Assembly (NCBI GenBank): GCA_963749495.1
Contig: CAVVMW010000001.1
Coordinates: forward strand, 192,001 to 256,000
Source: an uncultured bacterium
GTDB lineage: Bacteria > Verrucomicrobiota > Verrucomicrobiia > Limisphaerales > UBA8199
Length of the DNA stretch: 64,000 bases
Direction: 5' to 3'
The number at the start of each line of letters is the position of its first letter. Positions within the stretch are counted from its first letter, which is position 1. This document shows positions 32,734 through 43,546 of this stretch, one piece after another. The translations under genes and the position numbers were made by a program. The notes under the pieces were generated by a model that saw only the letters and a program-made list of their open reading frames with translations, did no database searches and was not told where the DNA came from.

Positions 32734-33876
32734 CTAACCACACGCCCCTTTGAGTTGCGGGCGGGTCTCCTTGTGGGACGGGGCGAGGCGGGTGACGCTG
32801 TTCATGAACTGGATGGTGAGCTTGGCTCCGTCGAAATGGCAGGTGACGGTATCGTGATGCGGGGTCTCGGGGAAGCGCCAGGTCATCTCGAAAGTGCTGT
32901 CGTCCTTCCACGCGGCGCCAGCGGCCACCCTCGATTTCGGCCCCAGGTCGCCCGAGGTCAGTTTCGGCGGCGTCCCGGGCATGGTGGTCTCGCCTTCAAT
33001 CCACTTCCCGAGGCCGCACTGGACGCTGTGTTCGCCTTTCTTGTCGTTGAGGGTGAAAAGGCAGGTCTCCTTTTGAAAAAGGAAGGTCGCAGTTTGAAGG
33101 CCCATCGAGTTGCTTTGGAGGTTGAAGGCGCGGCCGGAAACGGCGGTCGCCGCTGGTGAAGAGGCGCGGGCTTCAGGCGGCGGCAGGGCCAGGGAGGCGA
33201 GTCTGTCCTTGAGCCGCGCCAGGACCGGCGGGTCGGGCGGCAGGGCGGCGTCCTTCATCCCCGGCAGCAAATGCTCCCGAGACCAGGTCCAGTTCGCCTT
33301 GCATGCTCGGGCTCTCGCTGGTGACGGCGATGACCGCATCCTGGTCCGGCATGACGATGGTGAACTGGCCGAAGGCGCCGTCGCCCCGGAAGGCATTGTG
33401 GCGGCAGCGCCAGAATTGGTAGCAATAGCCCTGGTGCCAGTCGCTGTTCCGTTTCAGGGTCTGGAGGTCGGCCCCGGCCCCGGCCGGTTGCTGAATCTTG
33501 AAGGAGGTCGCTTCCTGGACCCAACTCGGGGGCAGAATCGCTCTCCCGTTCCACATCCCTTTCTGCAAATACAATAACAGTAGAGCATGTGGTTCAACTC
33601 CGCGCGGTAGGGCGACCACCAGCCCTCGGCAATCACGTGCCCGTGGCGCAGGAGCATGAAACTGTGGAATTCGTGCGGGGCCTTGTCGAGGGCCTCCAGG
33701 AAGCCCAGGATGGCGGCCGAGGACACCCCCTGCGCCTCGGGCGTGCTCCGGGACAGACCCCCGCCGGAGCCGCGCTCGGCCGCCCGGCATTCCGGCAGGT
33801 TCCAGCCCACCCCCAAGCCGGCAGCGCCCAGACCGAGTTGCTTGAGAAATGCTCTGCGACAGAGGGTCGTGCTCAC
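32734..33876 (-). pseudogene. Tat-exported beta-lactamase-family serine hydrolase with internal deletion
   Basis: RRAFLK, RSTPEAQGVSS, HSFMLLRHGHVIAEGWWSPY..HMLY is joined near 33580 to LLYLQKGMWNG..YQFW..FRGDGAFGQ. The SxxK and YxN regions are missing; there is a further frameshift near 33280. Confidence 0.8.
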
Positions 33877-33951
33877 GCGAGGGATTGAAGACGGAGAAGG
33901 GGAATTTGTAAACAGCGAATAGAGGACGAAAGCGACATGGAACTGGCCAGG

Positions 33952-34066
33952 TGTGGGGCAGACCTCTGGTCTGCCGGTTCACGGAGCCTCCGGCTCCGTG
34001 TCCCTTGCAGGTGCGAGACTCGGGGCCAGAGGCCCCTGCAACCGGCAGACCGGAGGTCTGCCCCAC
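33952..34066. repeat. REP doublet GTGGGGCAGACCTCTGGTCTGCC / GGCAGACCGGAGGTCTGCCCCAC
   Basis: Inverted arms. Confidence 0.8.
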
Positions 34067-34264
34067 GCGTCCCCCCCTGAACAGTTCCAGCGACATAAGG
34101 GACCCAGTGGCGCCTAGCGGCCGGCGGCACGTGAAATGCTTTGCTCCAAGCGTGTCCCGATCGGGCTGGACAGGAGAGGGTTGATTGAGGAAAATGGCGC
34201 TGGATTCGGATGACGAGCGCGGGAGCGTTGTGCCTGCGCTCTCGATTGATCGGAGTTGGCGACG

Positions 34265-35140
34265 ATGAAGAATCTGCGTGGAAGAACGGCGATTCTGACC
34301 GGAGCTTCCGGCGGGCTGGGGAGTTTTATTGCCCCGGCCCTGGCCGAGGCGGGAATGAACCTGGTGCTGGTGGCCTTTCCCGGAATTGGTCTGAAGGAGG
34401 TCCATTCGCAGGTAGTCAAGCGCGGGGTCAAAGCCATCTTCCTGGACCTGGACCTCCGCGACCCGGAACAGCGCCGCCGCCTTGTGGCCACCACGCTGGA
34501 GACCTTCGGCAGCATCAATGTGCTGGTCAACAACGCGGGCGTGGAGGTCTCGGCGGCGTACGATCAGCTTACGGAAGAGCAAGTCCGGGCCATCCTGGCG
34601 ATAAACCTGGAGGCGCCGATGATGCTGAGCCTGGCAGTGCTGCCGGGCATGCTGCGGCAGGGACGCGGTCATATTGTGAACATGTCGTCGTTGGCGGGCA
34701 AGTTCGGGCCCGGCTACCAGGAGCCCTACTGCGCCAGCAAGGCCGGGCTGACCGCTTTCACTTATTCCCTGCGTGGGACCTACCGGGGAACCGGGGTGAG
34801 CGCCTCGGTGGTGTGTCCGAGTTTTGCGGAAGCAGGAATTTACAGTCGAATCAAAAAGAAAATGGGCCGGCCTGCTCCCGGTCTCCTGGGGGCGAGCGTC
34901 TGTTCGCCGGAGCGGGTGGCCAAGGCCGTGCTCAGGGCCATCGACCGCGATTGGCCGGAGGTGTTCGTCTGCGGAATCCCAATCCGCCCGTTCCTGGCTC
35001 TATTCCCATGCTCTCCCGCTTTGGCCGCCTGGGTCACGGACAAGGTCCTGGGAGCGCACGATTTCTTCCACAAGGCCGCCGAGGCCGAGAAGCAGGCTGG
35101 ACGCACGGGTCCGGCCCGCGATGAAATTACGCTCCCATGA
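34265..35140 (+). CDS. Short-chain dehydrogenase/reductase
   Basis: TGASGGLG, LVNNAG, NMSS, YCASK. Confidence 0.92.
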   Translation: MKNLRGRTAILTGASGGLGSFIAPALAEAGMNLVLVAFPGIGLKEVHSQVVKRGVKAIFLDLDLRDPEQRRRLVATTLETFGSINVLVNNAGVEVSAAYDQLTEEQVRAILAINLEAPMMLSLAVLPGMLRQGRGHIVNMSSLAGKFGPGYQEPYCASKAGLTAFTYSLRGTYRGTGVSASVVCPSFAEAGIYSRIKKKMGRPAPGLLGASVCSPERVAKAVLRAIDRDWPEVFVCGIPIRPFLALFPCSPALAAWVTDKVLGAHDFFHKAAEAEKQAGRTGPARDEITLP

Positions 35141-36063
35141 GTCTGCGCGTTTTCCTGACCGGCGCCAGTGGCTACGTTGGCAGCGTGTTAGCAGAACGCT
35201 TGGCGCGGCTGCCCGAGGTGGAAGCCATTACAGGTATCGGCCTGGCGGCCCCGAGAGATCCGATTCCGCCCAAGATGAGCTTCAAGCTGATGGACATCCG
35301 GTCGCCGGGTTTGGCCGCGGCTATGGCCGGCCATGATGCCGTCATCCATACCGCCTGCGTCGTATTGTGGCGCGCGAAAATGCCGGTCAAAGAACGCGAC
35401 GACATCAACTTCAACGGCGTGGGCAACGTTGCCAGGTCTGCTCTGGCCAGCGGCGTGCGTCGTTTCATCCACGCCAGCAGCATGGCCGCCTATGACCCTC
35501 GGTTGGCGGGCGGCCAGACCGGCGTGGAGGAGGACTTCCCGCTGGGCAGGGGTGACTCGCCTTTTTACTACTGGAACAGCAAGGCTGCCGCCGAGAAGAC
35601 GCTCACTGAGATCCTGGGCGGGACGGGCGTTGCCCTGACCTTGTTCCGTCCGATATACATCATGGGACCGCGCAATAAGTCGGTGGCGCGCAGTTATCGC
35701 AGCACTGCCGTCAACCTGCTTGGGTATAACCCGCGCCGGCAGTTCGTTCATGAGGCGGACGTAGCCGAGGCCTTCGTTCGAGCCTTGCTCACCGACATGC
35801 CGGGCGCTTTTAACATTGTGCCCGATGATGCCATTCGCCTGAGCGACGTCTGGAGGATCGTCGGGGCCAAGTTCGTCCCTACCATTCCGGTCGGGCTGGC
35901 CCGGGGCATCACTCTGTTTCGATGGCGCTTCCTGGGCTTCCCCATCCACCCCTCCTGGGTAGCGGATATGCTGGTGGACTTCACCGGGAGCAATGCCAGG
36001 CTCAAAGCGACCGGGTGGAGGCCGCAATTTGGCAGCGAGGCAACTCTGCGTTCGGCATTATGA
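35137..36063 (+). CDS. NAD-dependent epimerase/dehydratase (extended SDR)
   Basis: TGASGYVG, HASSMAAY, YWNSK; ATGA overlap with the SDR gene. Confidence 0.9.
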   Translation: MSLRVFLTGASGYVGSVLAERLARLPEVEAITGIGLAAPRDPIPPKMSFKLMDIRSPGLAAAMAGHDAVIHTACVVLWRAKMPVKERDDINFNGVGNVARSALASGVRRFIHASSMAAYDPRLAGGQTGVEEDFPLGRGDSPFYYWNSKAAAEKTLTEILGGTGVALTLFRPIYIMGPRNKSVARSYRSTAVNLLGYNPRRQFVHEADVAEAFVRALLTDMPGAFNIVPDDAIRLSDVWRIVGAKFVPTIPVGLARGITLFRWRFLGFPIHPSWVADMLVDFTGSNARLKATGWRPQFGSEATLRSAL

Positions 36064-36106
36064 GAATGTGCCAATGTTGCTGCGATTTAGGCCTCGCAAT
36101 TGAGGC

Positions 36107-37420
36107 ATGAAAAGTGCTAGAGGAGTCAGCGGAACCATCATCTTTATGCGACGCGGAAAAAAATGCCGGCCCCTTCACAGGGCGATTGCGGTTTTGGTCT
36201 CCAGCGCCCTGCCCGCGGCGGCTGGAGGTTTCGACCTGCCCGATCAGGATGCATTTGCCGTGGCCCGTGGCATGGCAGTCGTGGCTACGGCGGACAACCC
36301 TTCTGCCATCTACTTCAACCCTGCGGGCATCACCCAGCTTCAGGGCCACAACCTGCGCGGTGGATTGTACGGGGTCTATCTCACCCCGAGCTTCCAGTCT
36401 TCTGCCGGGCGGTTCCATGATGAAGAGCCGCTGCACGCCATCCCGCAGTTGTTCTACGCTTACGGCATGGAGACACTGCCCTTGAGCTTTGGCGTGGGGG
36501 TCTATTCTCCATTCGGGCTGGGCACGCGTTATCCACAAGATACCGGTTTCCGCACGCTGGGCACGCAAGGGAAGATCACTACCGACACCATCAACCCCGT
36601 CGTGGCGTGGCGAGTGCTGACGAATCTCTCAATTGCCGCCGGCTTGCGAGTGGACTACGCGGAGGCTGACTTGAGGCAAGGGTTGGTGTGGCCGAGTCAG
36701 TCGCTGGATGAATTCCGCTTCAAAGGCTCTGGCTGGGGTGTGGGCTACAACCTGGGGGTGCTTTGGAAGCCGATCGAGCAGGTTTCCCTCGGCGCCACCT
36801 TCAGGGGCCCGACCACGATCAATCTGGGCGGCCACACCGAGTACCGCAATGATGCGGCGTTTCCTCCCGGCGTGGGGGCCGTGTCGGCGGTTGGCCCACA
36901 GACCGTGATCGCCAACGGTGATTTTCCTTTCCCGCTCAGCGTTGTTTGCGGGTTGTCGTACCGGCCCACGCCAAAGTGGAACCTGGAGTTCGATGCCCAA
37001 TACACTGACTGGAGCGCCCTGGGGACGCTGACGATAAACCAGGCAGCGGGGAACGCGGCGCTGGGCTTGCCAAAGAACATCCCGATGGCGTTCAACTGGG
37101 AAGGGAGTTGGTATTACGAGCTTGGCGCGACCCGTTACCTCGGCAAAGGCTGGTCGGTGAGCGGCGGGTATATCTTCAACGAGAATTCCGTGCCAGATGC
37201 GCATTACAGCCCATTGGTAGGGGACCTGGACAGACATTTCTTCAGCGTTGGAACGGGCTTCAAAGGCAAGCGCTTCGACTTCGACGTTGCCTGCCAGTTT
37301 GGCTACGGCCCCACTCGGACGGTCACGGGCAGCGCGCCCTCGGCCACCGGCCAGACGGCCAATGGCGATTATCAGTTCTTGAGTCAGGCCGTGTGCGTGT
37401 CGGTTGGCTGGCATTTTTGA
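36107..37420 (+). CDS. OmpP1/FadL/TodX family outer-membrane transporter
   Basis: ADNPSAIYFNPAG, SPFGL, INPVVAW, YTDWS, C-terminal WHF. The start is uncertain (36107 or 36146). Confidence 0.9.
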   Translation: MKSARGVSGTIIFMRRGKKCRPLHRAIAVLVSSALPAAAGGFDLPDQDAFAVARGMAVVATADNPSAIYFNPAGITQLQGHNLRGGLYGVYLTPSFQSSAGRFHDEEPLHAIPQLFYAYGMETLPLSFGVGVYSPFGLGTRYPQDTGFRTLGTQGKITTDTINPVVAWRVLTNLSIAAGLRVDYAEADLRQGLVWPSQSLDEFRFKGSGWGVGYNLGVLWKPIEQVSLGATFRGPTTINLGGHTEYRNDAAFPPGVGAVSAVGPQTVIANGDFPFPLSVVCGLSYRPTPKWNLEFDAQYTDWSALGTLTINQAAGNAALGLPKNIPMAFNWEGSWYYELGATRYLGKGWSVSGGYIFNENSVPDAHYSPLVGDLDRHFFSVGTGFKGKRFDFDVACQFGYGPTRTVTGSAPSATGQTANGDYQFLSQAVCVSVGWHF

Positions 37421-37815
37421 GCGTCGGCGGCGTTGGGGCCGGGACAGGGGGCACGCAGCCGAACACGGATGCGCGCCTCGGCCAAGTGGTTGTCCCCGCA
37501 ACGGGACACCGCTCCCACTGGCTGCGGCGGGATGGGGGTGCGCCCCTCCTCGGCCGTAACGGCGTCCGCAGCCAGGGCAGCGGTCAGTACTCCGGCGCGC
37601 GTACCCGCTCCGTCGCAGCTGCGCCCGGGGACGGGCGCACTCCAGGGGAAGCCTCGGGACGCGCCCCGGGACGGGCGTTGATGCAGATTTCTCTGGTTGT
37701 TGGCCCGAAAAGTGTTCTACCCTATGGGGCGGAAAAAATGCCTCTGTAGATCGAGCTTGAGCGGTCAAACAGAGGCCAAACTGTGAAGAAATTGCCCCGC
37801 GCGGGCAGCAATCAG

Positions 37816-39249
37816 ATGCAGACGACCGATCTGGCAATGAAGGAGAGCCTGGTGGTTTTCCAAAACAGCCAGGGGACCGAGATGCGGGCGACATTGTTGC
37901 GTCTGACCCGTCATCTGGCGGTGGTGGAGATCTACGACCCCGTTGCGGTGGTGAGGACCTCGGAGGTCTTGGGACAGTTGAAAATTACCTACCAGGATCG
38001 GACGCTCTACTGCGGCCGGGCGGTGGTTCAGACGGCGGTCAGCACCGGGCTGAAGGTGATTAGTGAGTTGGCCCTCCAGGACGGCTGGCTGGACGTGGAT
38101 TTCGTGGTCGCCTCGGGGCACGGAGAGAAACTGCGCGGCGAGTTTGGCGGGTTTTTCCGGGAATGGCAAAAGCTCTATCGTGTCGTCCCCGAATACAAGG
38201 TCGCCATCGCCGACCTCGAGAGCTTCCTCACCGACCTGCAACTGTGGCTCAACCAGGTTGAACTGGGCATCCGTTCCTCCCCGTCCGAGGACCGGGCAAC
38301 ACTGGAGCGCCAGGTCGCCCGCGAACTCGAAGAGCCGTGCGTCGGCGCCATTCGAAGCCTCTTCGACCGTTACGAGGTGGTGGCCCAGCAGGTGGAGGAG
38401 GAATTACAGCCCGCCCATCGCGCCTTCGGCAGGCGCCACCTGCACCCCTTGTTGCTCTGCTCCCCGTTTTGCTATCGAACGCTGAACAAGCCCCTGGGCT
38501 ACGCCGGCGATTACGAAATGGTCGGCATGATGTTCCGCGACCCGTGCGAAGGCACCTCCTTGTTCGCCAAGATGGTGAACATGTATGCCCTGCGGCTGCC
38601 GCCCATCGTGGGCCACCGTAACCGCATTGCCCATCTCACGGATCAACTCCAGAGCGAAGCCCTCCGTGCCGCTGGCCGGGGCCGGAGGCTGAAGGTCCTG
38701 AACCTCGGTTGTGGCCCGGCGGAGGAAATCCAGGAATTCCTGGTGCAATACGACAGCCTCTGCGACGAAGCCGAATTCACGCTCGTCGATTTCAACGAGG
38801 AAACCCTCGTGCATGTGAAGCAGACCCTCGAGGCCCTCAAGCGGCAGCACGGCCGCCGCACCCGGTTTGAAACGCAGAAAAAATCGGTGCATCAGATCCT
38901 CAGGGAAGCCGCCTGCCCGGGCGCCGTCCCCAACGGGGACGGGCCGGACTTCGCCTATTGCGCCGGGCTCTTCGATTACCTTTCGGACAAGGTCTGCCGC
39001 GAGCTCATCGCCCTGTTATACGACAGGCTCGTCCCCGGGGGACTTCTGGTCGCCAGCAACGTCGGCATCCATCCCAGCCGCGGCGAAATGGAATGTTTCC
39101 TCGAATGGTACTTGATCTATCGCAATCCGGCGGAATTGGCCCGGCTGGTCCCCAGCTACGTCCCGCCGGAGGCCATCACGCTCCAGTGCAACGGCACCGG
39201 GCTGAATACTCTCATGGAAATAAGGAAACCGGAACGTGCCTGCCCCTGA
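37816..39249 (+). CDS. Class I SAM methyltransferase, PhcB-like (signal methyl-ester synthase candidate)
   Basis: About 477 aa; KPLGYAGDYEMV, GHRNRI, VLNLGCGPA, YCAGLFDYL, LEWYLIYR; sits upstream of two kinases as in the Ralstonia phcBSR order. Confidence 0.7.
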   Translation: MQTTDLAMKESLVVFQNSQGTEMRATLLRLTRHLAVVEIYDPVAVVRTSEVLGQLKITYQDRTLYCGRAVVQTAVSTGLKVISELALQDGWLDVDFVVASGHGEKLRGEFGGFFREWQKLYRVVPEYKVAIADLESFLTDLQLWLNQVELGIRSSPSEDRATLERQVARELEEPCVGAIRSLFDRYEVVAQQVEEELQPAHRAFGRRHLHPLLLCSPFCYRTLNKPLGYAGDYEMVGMMFRDPCEGTSLFAKMVNMYALRLPPIVGHRNRIAHLTDQLQSEALRAAGRGRRLKVLNLGCGPAEEIQEFLVQYDSLCDEAEFTLVDFNEETLVHVKQTLEALKRQHGRRTRFETQKKSVHQILREAACPGAVPNGDGPDFAYCAGLFDYLSDKVCRELIALLYDRLVPGGLLVASNVGIHPSRGEMECFLEWYLIYRNPAELARLVPSYVPPEAITLQCNGTGLNTLMEIRKPERACP

Positions 39250-41884
39250 CCTCGAGAGCAACCGCGAGGTCCTGCGGACCTACGCGGAGTACGAGCGCGA
39301 AATAACCATCCGGCATCTTCGCGTCGGATGCCTGCTCGTCATTGCCTTGATGCCGGCTGGCGTGTTCCTCGATAACTTCGTCTATCCGGAGCATCTCAGC
39401 TTTTTCCTGGCCCTGCGGCTGGCCTGCGCGCTCCTCGAATTGGGCATTTGGCTTTTCCTGCGCACCCCCCTGAGCCGGAAGGCCTATCGGGCGCTCTCGC
39501 TCATCGTGGCGCTGCTGCCCGTGTTCTTCATCTGCTGGATGATCTATCTCACCGAGGGTCCAGTGTCGGCTTACTACGCCGGGCTCAACCTCATCCTGCT
39601 CAGCATTGCGCTGATCCTGCGCTGGACGGTCGGCATCAGCATCCTGGCCGTGCTCCTGACCAATGCCATGTACGTGACTGCGTGCTTTCTTCACGGCCCC
39701 GTGCGCCCCAGTGACCACGGCGGGTTCTTCAACAACCTCTACTTCCTTTGCCTGACGGGGATCATCGTCATCGTCGGAGGCCGCATCCACCGCGTCCTGC
39801 GCATCCGGGAATTCACCCTGCGCTACGAGTTGGACAAGAACCGCAAGGCCCTCGAGGAGTCCAACCAGAAACTCCTCGAGCTGGACCAGGTCAAGAGCCG
39901 CTTTTTCGCCAATATCAGCCATGAGCTGCGCACCCCGCTCACGCTCCTGTTGGCCCCGCTGGAGGCGCTGCTCCAGCGCTTTCCCCTGGACACGGAGACG
40001 CGCGACCTGCTCCACACCATGCACGCCAACGGGATGCGCCTGCTCAAGCTCATCAACGACCTGCTCGACCTGGTCCGCCTCGAATCCGGGCGCCTGGAAA
40101 TCAAACGCGAACCGCTCGACATCAACGAATTCGTCCGGGGCTTGGCCAGCGCAGCCCGGCAGGTGGCCGAGGACAAACAACTGCGGTTCGAGACCGCGGT
40201 CGCCCCCGAGGTGGGGACCGTCCTGGCCGACCGCGACCGGCTGGAGAAGATCGTGCTGAATCTCCTCTTCAACGCCCTCAAGTTCACCCCGGCCGGGGGC
40301 CGGGTCGAGTTGCGCGTAGAGAAGCAGGGCGCGGAGTTGGTCCTGGTGGTGGCCGATACCGGGATGGGCATTGCCCAGAAGAACCTGCCGTTCGTCTTCG
40401 ACCGGTTCTGGCAGGCGGACGGCTCCTCCAAGCGCAAGTACCAGGGCGCGGGCATCGGGCTGGCCCTGGTCAAGGAAGTGGTCGAAGCCCAGGACGGCCA
40501 TGTGGGCGTCCAGAGCCAGGAGGGCCAAGGGGCGACCTTCACCGTTCGGCTGCCCTACCTGGCGGCCGAGGCGGCGCCCAAGCCCGGGCCGGAACCCGCC
40601 GCCCAGCCCGGCGACGCCGGCGCAACCTCCAACGAGTGGCTGGCGGACCTCTACCGGCGCGCCGAGCTGTTTCCAGCGTTGACCCCGTTGCAGCCGTCGC
40701 TGCGGCCCGCGGAGTCGTCTCCCAACGGCAAGCGGCCGGTGGTGCTGGTGGCGGACGACGAGCCGGACATGCTCCGCTTCCTGAACACGCAACTCAGTTC
40801 GCGCTACCAGGTGCTCGAGGCCATGGACGGCCAGCAGGCAGTTGACAAGGCCGGCCAGTTTCTGCCCGACCTCATCCTGCTGGACATGATGATGCCCGAG
40901 AAAGACGGTCTGCAGGCCTGCCGCGAGTTGCGCGAGCACGCCCCCACCCAGTCCATTCCCATCGTCCTGCTCACCGCGCGCGCGGACGAGGAGACCAAGC
41001 TCGCCGCCTTGTCGGCCGGCGCCAGCGATTTCCTGGCCAAGCCCTTCTCGACCACCGAACTGCACGTGCGCATCCGCAACCTCGTCGAGTCCCATCAATA
41101 CCAGCGCAAGCTCGCCCGGCAGAACCAGGTGCTCGAGTCCACCATCGAGCAGCTCAAAGAAACCGAGACCCAGCTCGTTCAGTCGGAGAAGCTTGCCTCG
41201 CTGGGCCGCATGAGCGCCGGCATCATCCACGAAATCAACAACCCCCTGAATTTCGCCAGCACCGGCCTGTTCGCCCTGCGCAAGCGGACCAAGGACCTGG
41301 CCCCGGCCTTTCAGCAGGAATACCAGGGGATTCTGGTGGACGTCGAGGATGGGCTCAACCGCGTGAAGCACATCGTCTCCGATCTCCGGATGTTCACCCA
41401 TCCGGACACCGAGAGCCAGGACCAGGTGGACGTGGCAAGGGTGGTGGCGGTGGCCCTGCGGCTGCTGAGCAATGAATGGAAGGACAAGATCCGGGTCGAG
41501 CAGGACGTGGCCGAGGGTTTGACAATCCGGGCCAACAAGAACAAGCTGATCCACCTGTTGGTCAACCTGCTGCAGAATTCCTTTGACGCGTTGGCTCACA
41601 AGAGCTTTGCCGCAGAGCGGCCCACCGTTTGGATCGAGGGCCGCCGCGAGGCGGGCAGGAACCTGCTCCTCATCCGCGATAACGGCCCGGGCATCGAACT
41701 GCAGCACCAGGACAAGGTGTTCGACCCGTTCTTCACCACCAAAGACGTCGGCCAGGGCATGGGCCTGGGCTTGACCATCTGCTATCGCATCGTGCAGGAC
41801 TGCCAGGGCCGCATCACCCTCAGGACCCAGCCCGGCCAGTTCTGCGAGTTTGCCCTGGAGTTCCCTGCGAATGGACGACCCTAA
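39236..41884 (+). CDS. Membrane hybrid sensor kinase (TM-HisKA-HATPase-REC-HisKA-HATPase), PhcS-like position
   Basis: About 5 TM segments, SHELRTPL, DTGMG, VADDE/LLDMMMP, IHEINNPL, DNGPG, GMGLGL. Confidence 0.9.
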   Translation: MPAPDLESNREVLRTYAEYEREITIRHLRVGCLLVIALMPAGVFLDNFVYPEHLSFFLALRLACALLELGIWLFLRTPLSRKAYRALSLIVALLPVFFICWMIYLTEGPVSAYYAGLNLILLSIALILRWTVGISILAVLLTNAMYVTACFLHGPVRPSDHGGFFNNLYFLCLTGIIVIVGGRIHRVLRIREFTLRYELDKNRKALEESNQKLLELDQVKSRFFANISHELRTPLTLLLAPLEALLQRFPLDTETRDLLHTMHANGMRLLKLINDLLDLVRLESGRLEIKREPLDINEFVRGLASAARQVAEDKQLRFETAVAPEVGTVLADRDRLEKIVLNLLFNALKFTPAGGRVELRVEKQGAELVLVVADTGMGIAQKNLPFVFDRFWQADGSSKRKYQGAGIGLALVKEVVEAQDGHVGVQSQEGQGATFTVRLPYLAAEAAPKPGPEPAAQPGDAGATSNEWLADLYRRAELFPALTPLQPSLRPAESSPNGKRPVVLVADDEPDMLRFLNTQLSSRYQVLEAMDGQQAVDKAGQFLPDLILLDMMMPEKDGLQACRELREHAPTQSIPIVLLTARADEETKLAALSAGASDFLAKPFSTTELHVRIRNLVESHQYQRKLARQNQVLESTIEQLKETETQLVQSEKLASLGRMSAGIIHEINNPLNFASTGLFALRKRTKDLAPAFQQEYQGILVDVEDGLNRVKHIVSDLRMFTHPDTESQDQVDVARVVAVALRLLSNEWKDKIRVEQDVAEGLTIRANKNKLIHLLVNLLQNSFDALAHKSFAAERPTVWIEGRREAGRNLLLIRDNGPGIELQHQDKVFDPFFTTKDVGQGMGLGLTICYRIVQDCQGRITLRTQPGQFCEFALEFPANGRP

Positions 41885-41915
41885 TCCCCTCGAATCATAG
41901 ACCCTCATTGCGACG

Positions 41916-41943
41916 GTTCACGTTTCACGTTTCACGTTTCACG
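41916..41943 (+). repeat. Heptamer array TTTCACG x4
   Basis: Read directly. Confidence 0.85.
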
Positions 41944-41968
41944 ATCCAGTCCCTAACCCCATCGATCC

Positions 41969-43234
41969 ATGGACCCGCTATACGATTACCGGAAGTTCGC
42001 CATCCTCTACGTGGATGACGAGGAACTCTCGTTGAAGTACTTCGCCATGGCCTTCGCAGACCAGTTCCGCGTCCTCACCGCCCCCAGCGCCCAGGAGGGA
42101 CTGAGACTCCTGGAAGAGCACAAGGACGACATCGGGCTGCTCATGACCGACCAGCGGATGCCGGGGGAAAAGGGCGTGTGGCTGCTCGAACGCGCCCGCC
42201 AGCTCCGCCCGCGCATCATCCGCATCCTGGTCACCGCCTACTCGGACATGGACGCCGCCATCGCCGCCGTCAATGCCGGCGCCATCTACAAGTATGTGAC
42301 CAAGCCCTGGGACCCGCCCCAGCTCGAAAACACGCTCAAACGCGGCCTCGAGTTCTTCATCGTCCAGCGCGAGCGCAACCAACTCTTGCAGGAGAAGCTC
42401 TCGGTATTGAGGAACATGATGATAGCCGACCGGATCATGAGCCTGGGCCTGCTGGCCGCAGGCATGAGCCACCACATCCGCAACTCGCTGGTCGCGGTCA
42501 AGACCTTCCTGGACCTGGCGCCCGCCAAAATGGCCGAGGAAAAGGTGGACCTGAACGGGCTGCGCAACCCCGATTTCTGGAAAGAGTACTACCAGAATGT
42601 CCAGGGCCAGATCACCAAGATCAATCTCCTGCTCAAGGACCTGTGGACCGCCTCGGAAAAACCCGCCGCCGCCTTCAATGACCGCGTGCGGCTGCGCTCC
42701 GTCGTGGCGCGGGCCCTCGACGCGCTCAGCGGGGCCCTGGCCGCCAAGCAGATCACCGTTGAAAACCTCATCCCCGATTCCCTGCCGCAACTGCACGTCA
42801 ACAAACTCAAGTTCTGCCGCCTCTTCGAATTGCTCCTCAAAGACGAGCTCGCCAGCCTCCCGCCAGGAAGCCGCATCACCTTCTCCGCCTCAGGACCCGA
42901 CCCCGCCCCCGCCGGCAAGGAAGAGATCCAAGTCCAGATCCGTGACAACGGCCCGGGCCTGCCCAAGGAGGCCGTGCGCCTGGTCTTCGACCCGTTCCTG
43001 GTGCGCGGCGATAGCCCCCTGGAATACGGCATCCACCTCATGGCCTGCTATTTCATCGTTCACCATCACGGCGGCCGCATCCAGGCCCACAGCCAGCCCG
43101 GCCAGGGCACCACCTTCACCCTGCGCCTGCCCATCGAGCCCGCCAAGGCCCTCCCCACACAGCAGGAGCAGGAGTTCCTCCGCCAGGTCCTCCTCAACGA
43201 CAAGATCTGGGAAAAACTCATCACCTCGGATTAG
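41969..43234 (+). CDS. Response regulator with a kinase-like output domain (PhcR/PhcQ-like)
   Basis: LYVDDE, MTDQRMP, TAY, KPW; SHHIRNSL H-box; degenerate N and G2 boxes. Confidence 0.85.
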   Translation: MDPLYDYRKFAILYVDDEELSLKYFAMAFADQFRVLTAPSAQEGLRLLEEHKDDIGLLMTDQRMPGEKGVWLLERARQLRPRIIRILVTAYSDMDAAIAAVNAGAIYKYVTKPWDPPQLENTLKRGLEFFIVQRERNQLLQEKLSVLRNMMIADRIMSLGLLAAGMSHHIRNSLVAVKTFLDLAPAKMAEEKVDLNGLRNPDFWKEYYQNVQGQITKINLLLKDLWTASEKPAAAFNDRVRLRSVVARALDALSGALAAKQITVENLIPDSLPQLHVNKLKFCRLFELLLKDELASLPPGSRITFSASGPDPAPAGKEEIQVQIRDNGPGLPKEAVRLVFDPFLVRGDSPLEYGIHLMACYFIVHHHGGRIQAHSQPGQGTTFTLRLPIEPAKALPTQQEQEFLRQVLLNDKIWEKLITSD

Positions 43235-43546
43235 TCCACAGTCCACCGTCCAGAGTCCACAGTCAGCTTACGGGCGCCGATTCCGGGACTTTGTCGCGTA
43301 ATGCCCGGTCCGATAAACGTCGCGGAAACAGCGACCGCCGACTGTGGACTGCGGACCGTGGACTGTGGACTGCGGACCGTGGACTGTGGACTGCGGACTG
43401 CGGACTGCGGACTGTGGACTGTGGACTGCGGACTGCGGACTGCGGACTGTGGACTGTGGACTGTGGACTGTGGACTCTGGACTTTGGACGCTGGACTGTG
43501 GACTGTGGACTGTGGACTGTGGACTCTGGACTGTGGACTGTGGACC
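43233..43546. repeat. Inverted heptamer pair: (AGTCCAC)x4 ... (GACTGTG variants) x about 29
   Basis: Left arm starts in the TAG stop; right arm spans 43340-43546; the inner flanks are also imperfectly inverted. Confidence 0.95.

Noticed and set aside
43233..43546. Heptamer, 12-mer and REP arrays as CRISPR arrays
   Set aside because: No constant 23-47-bp repeats with unique spacers, and no cas genes.
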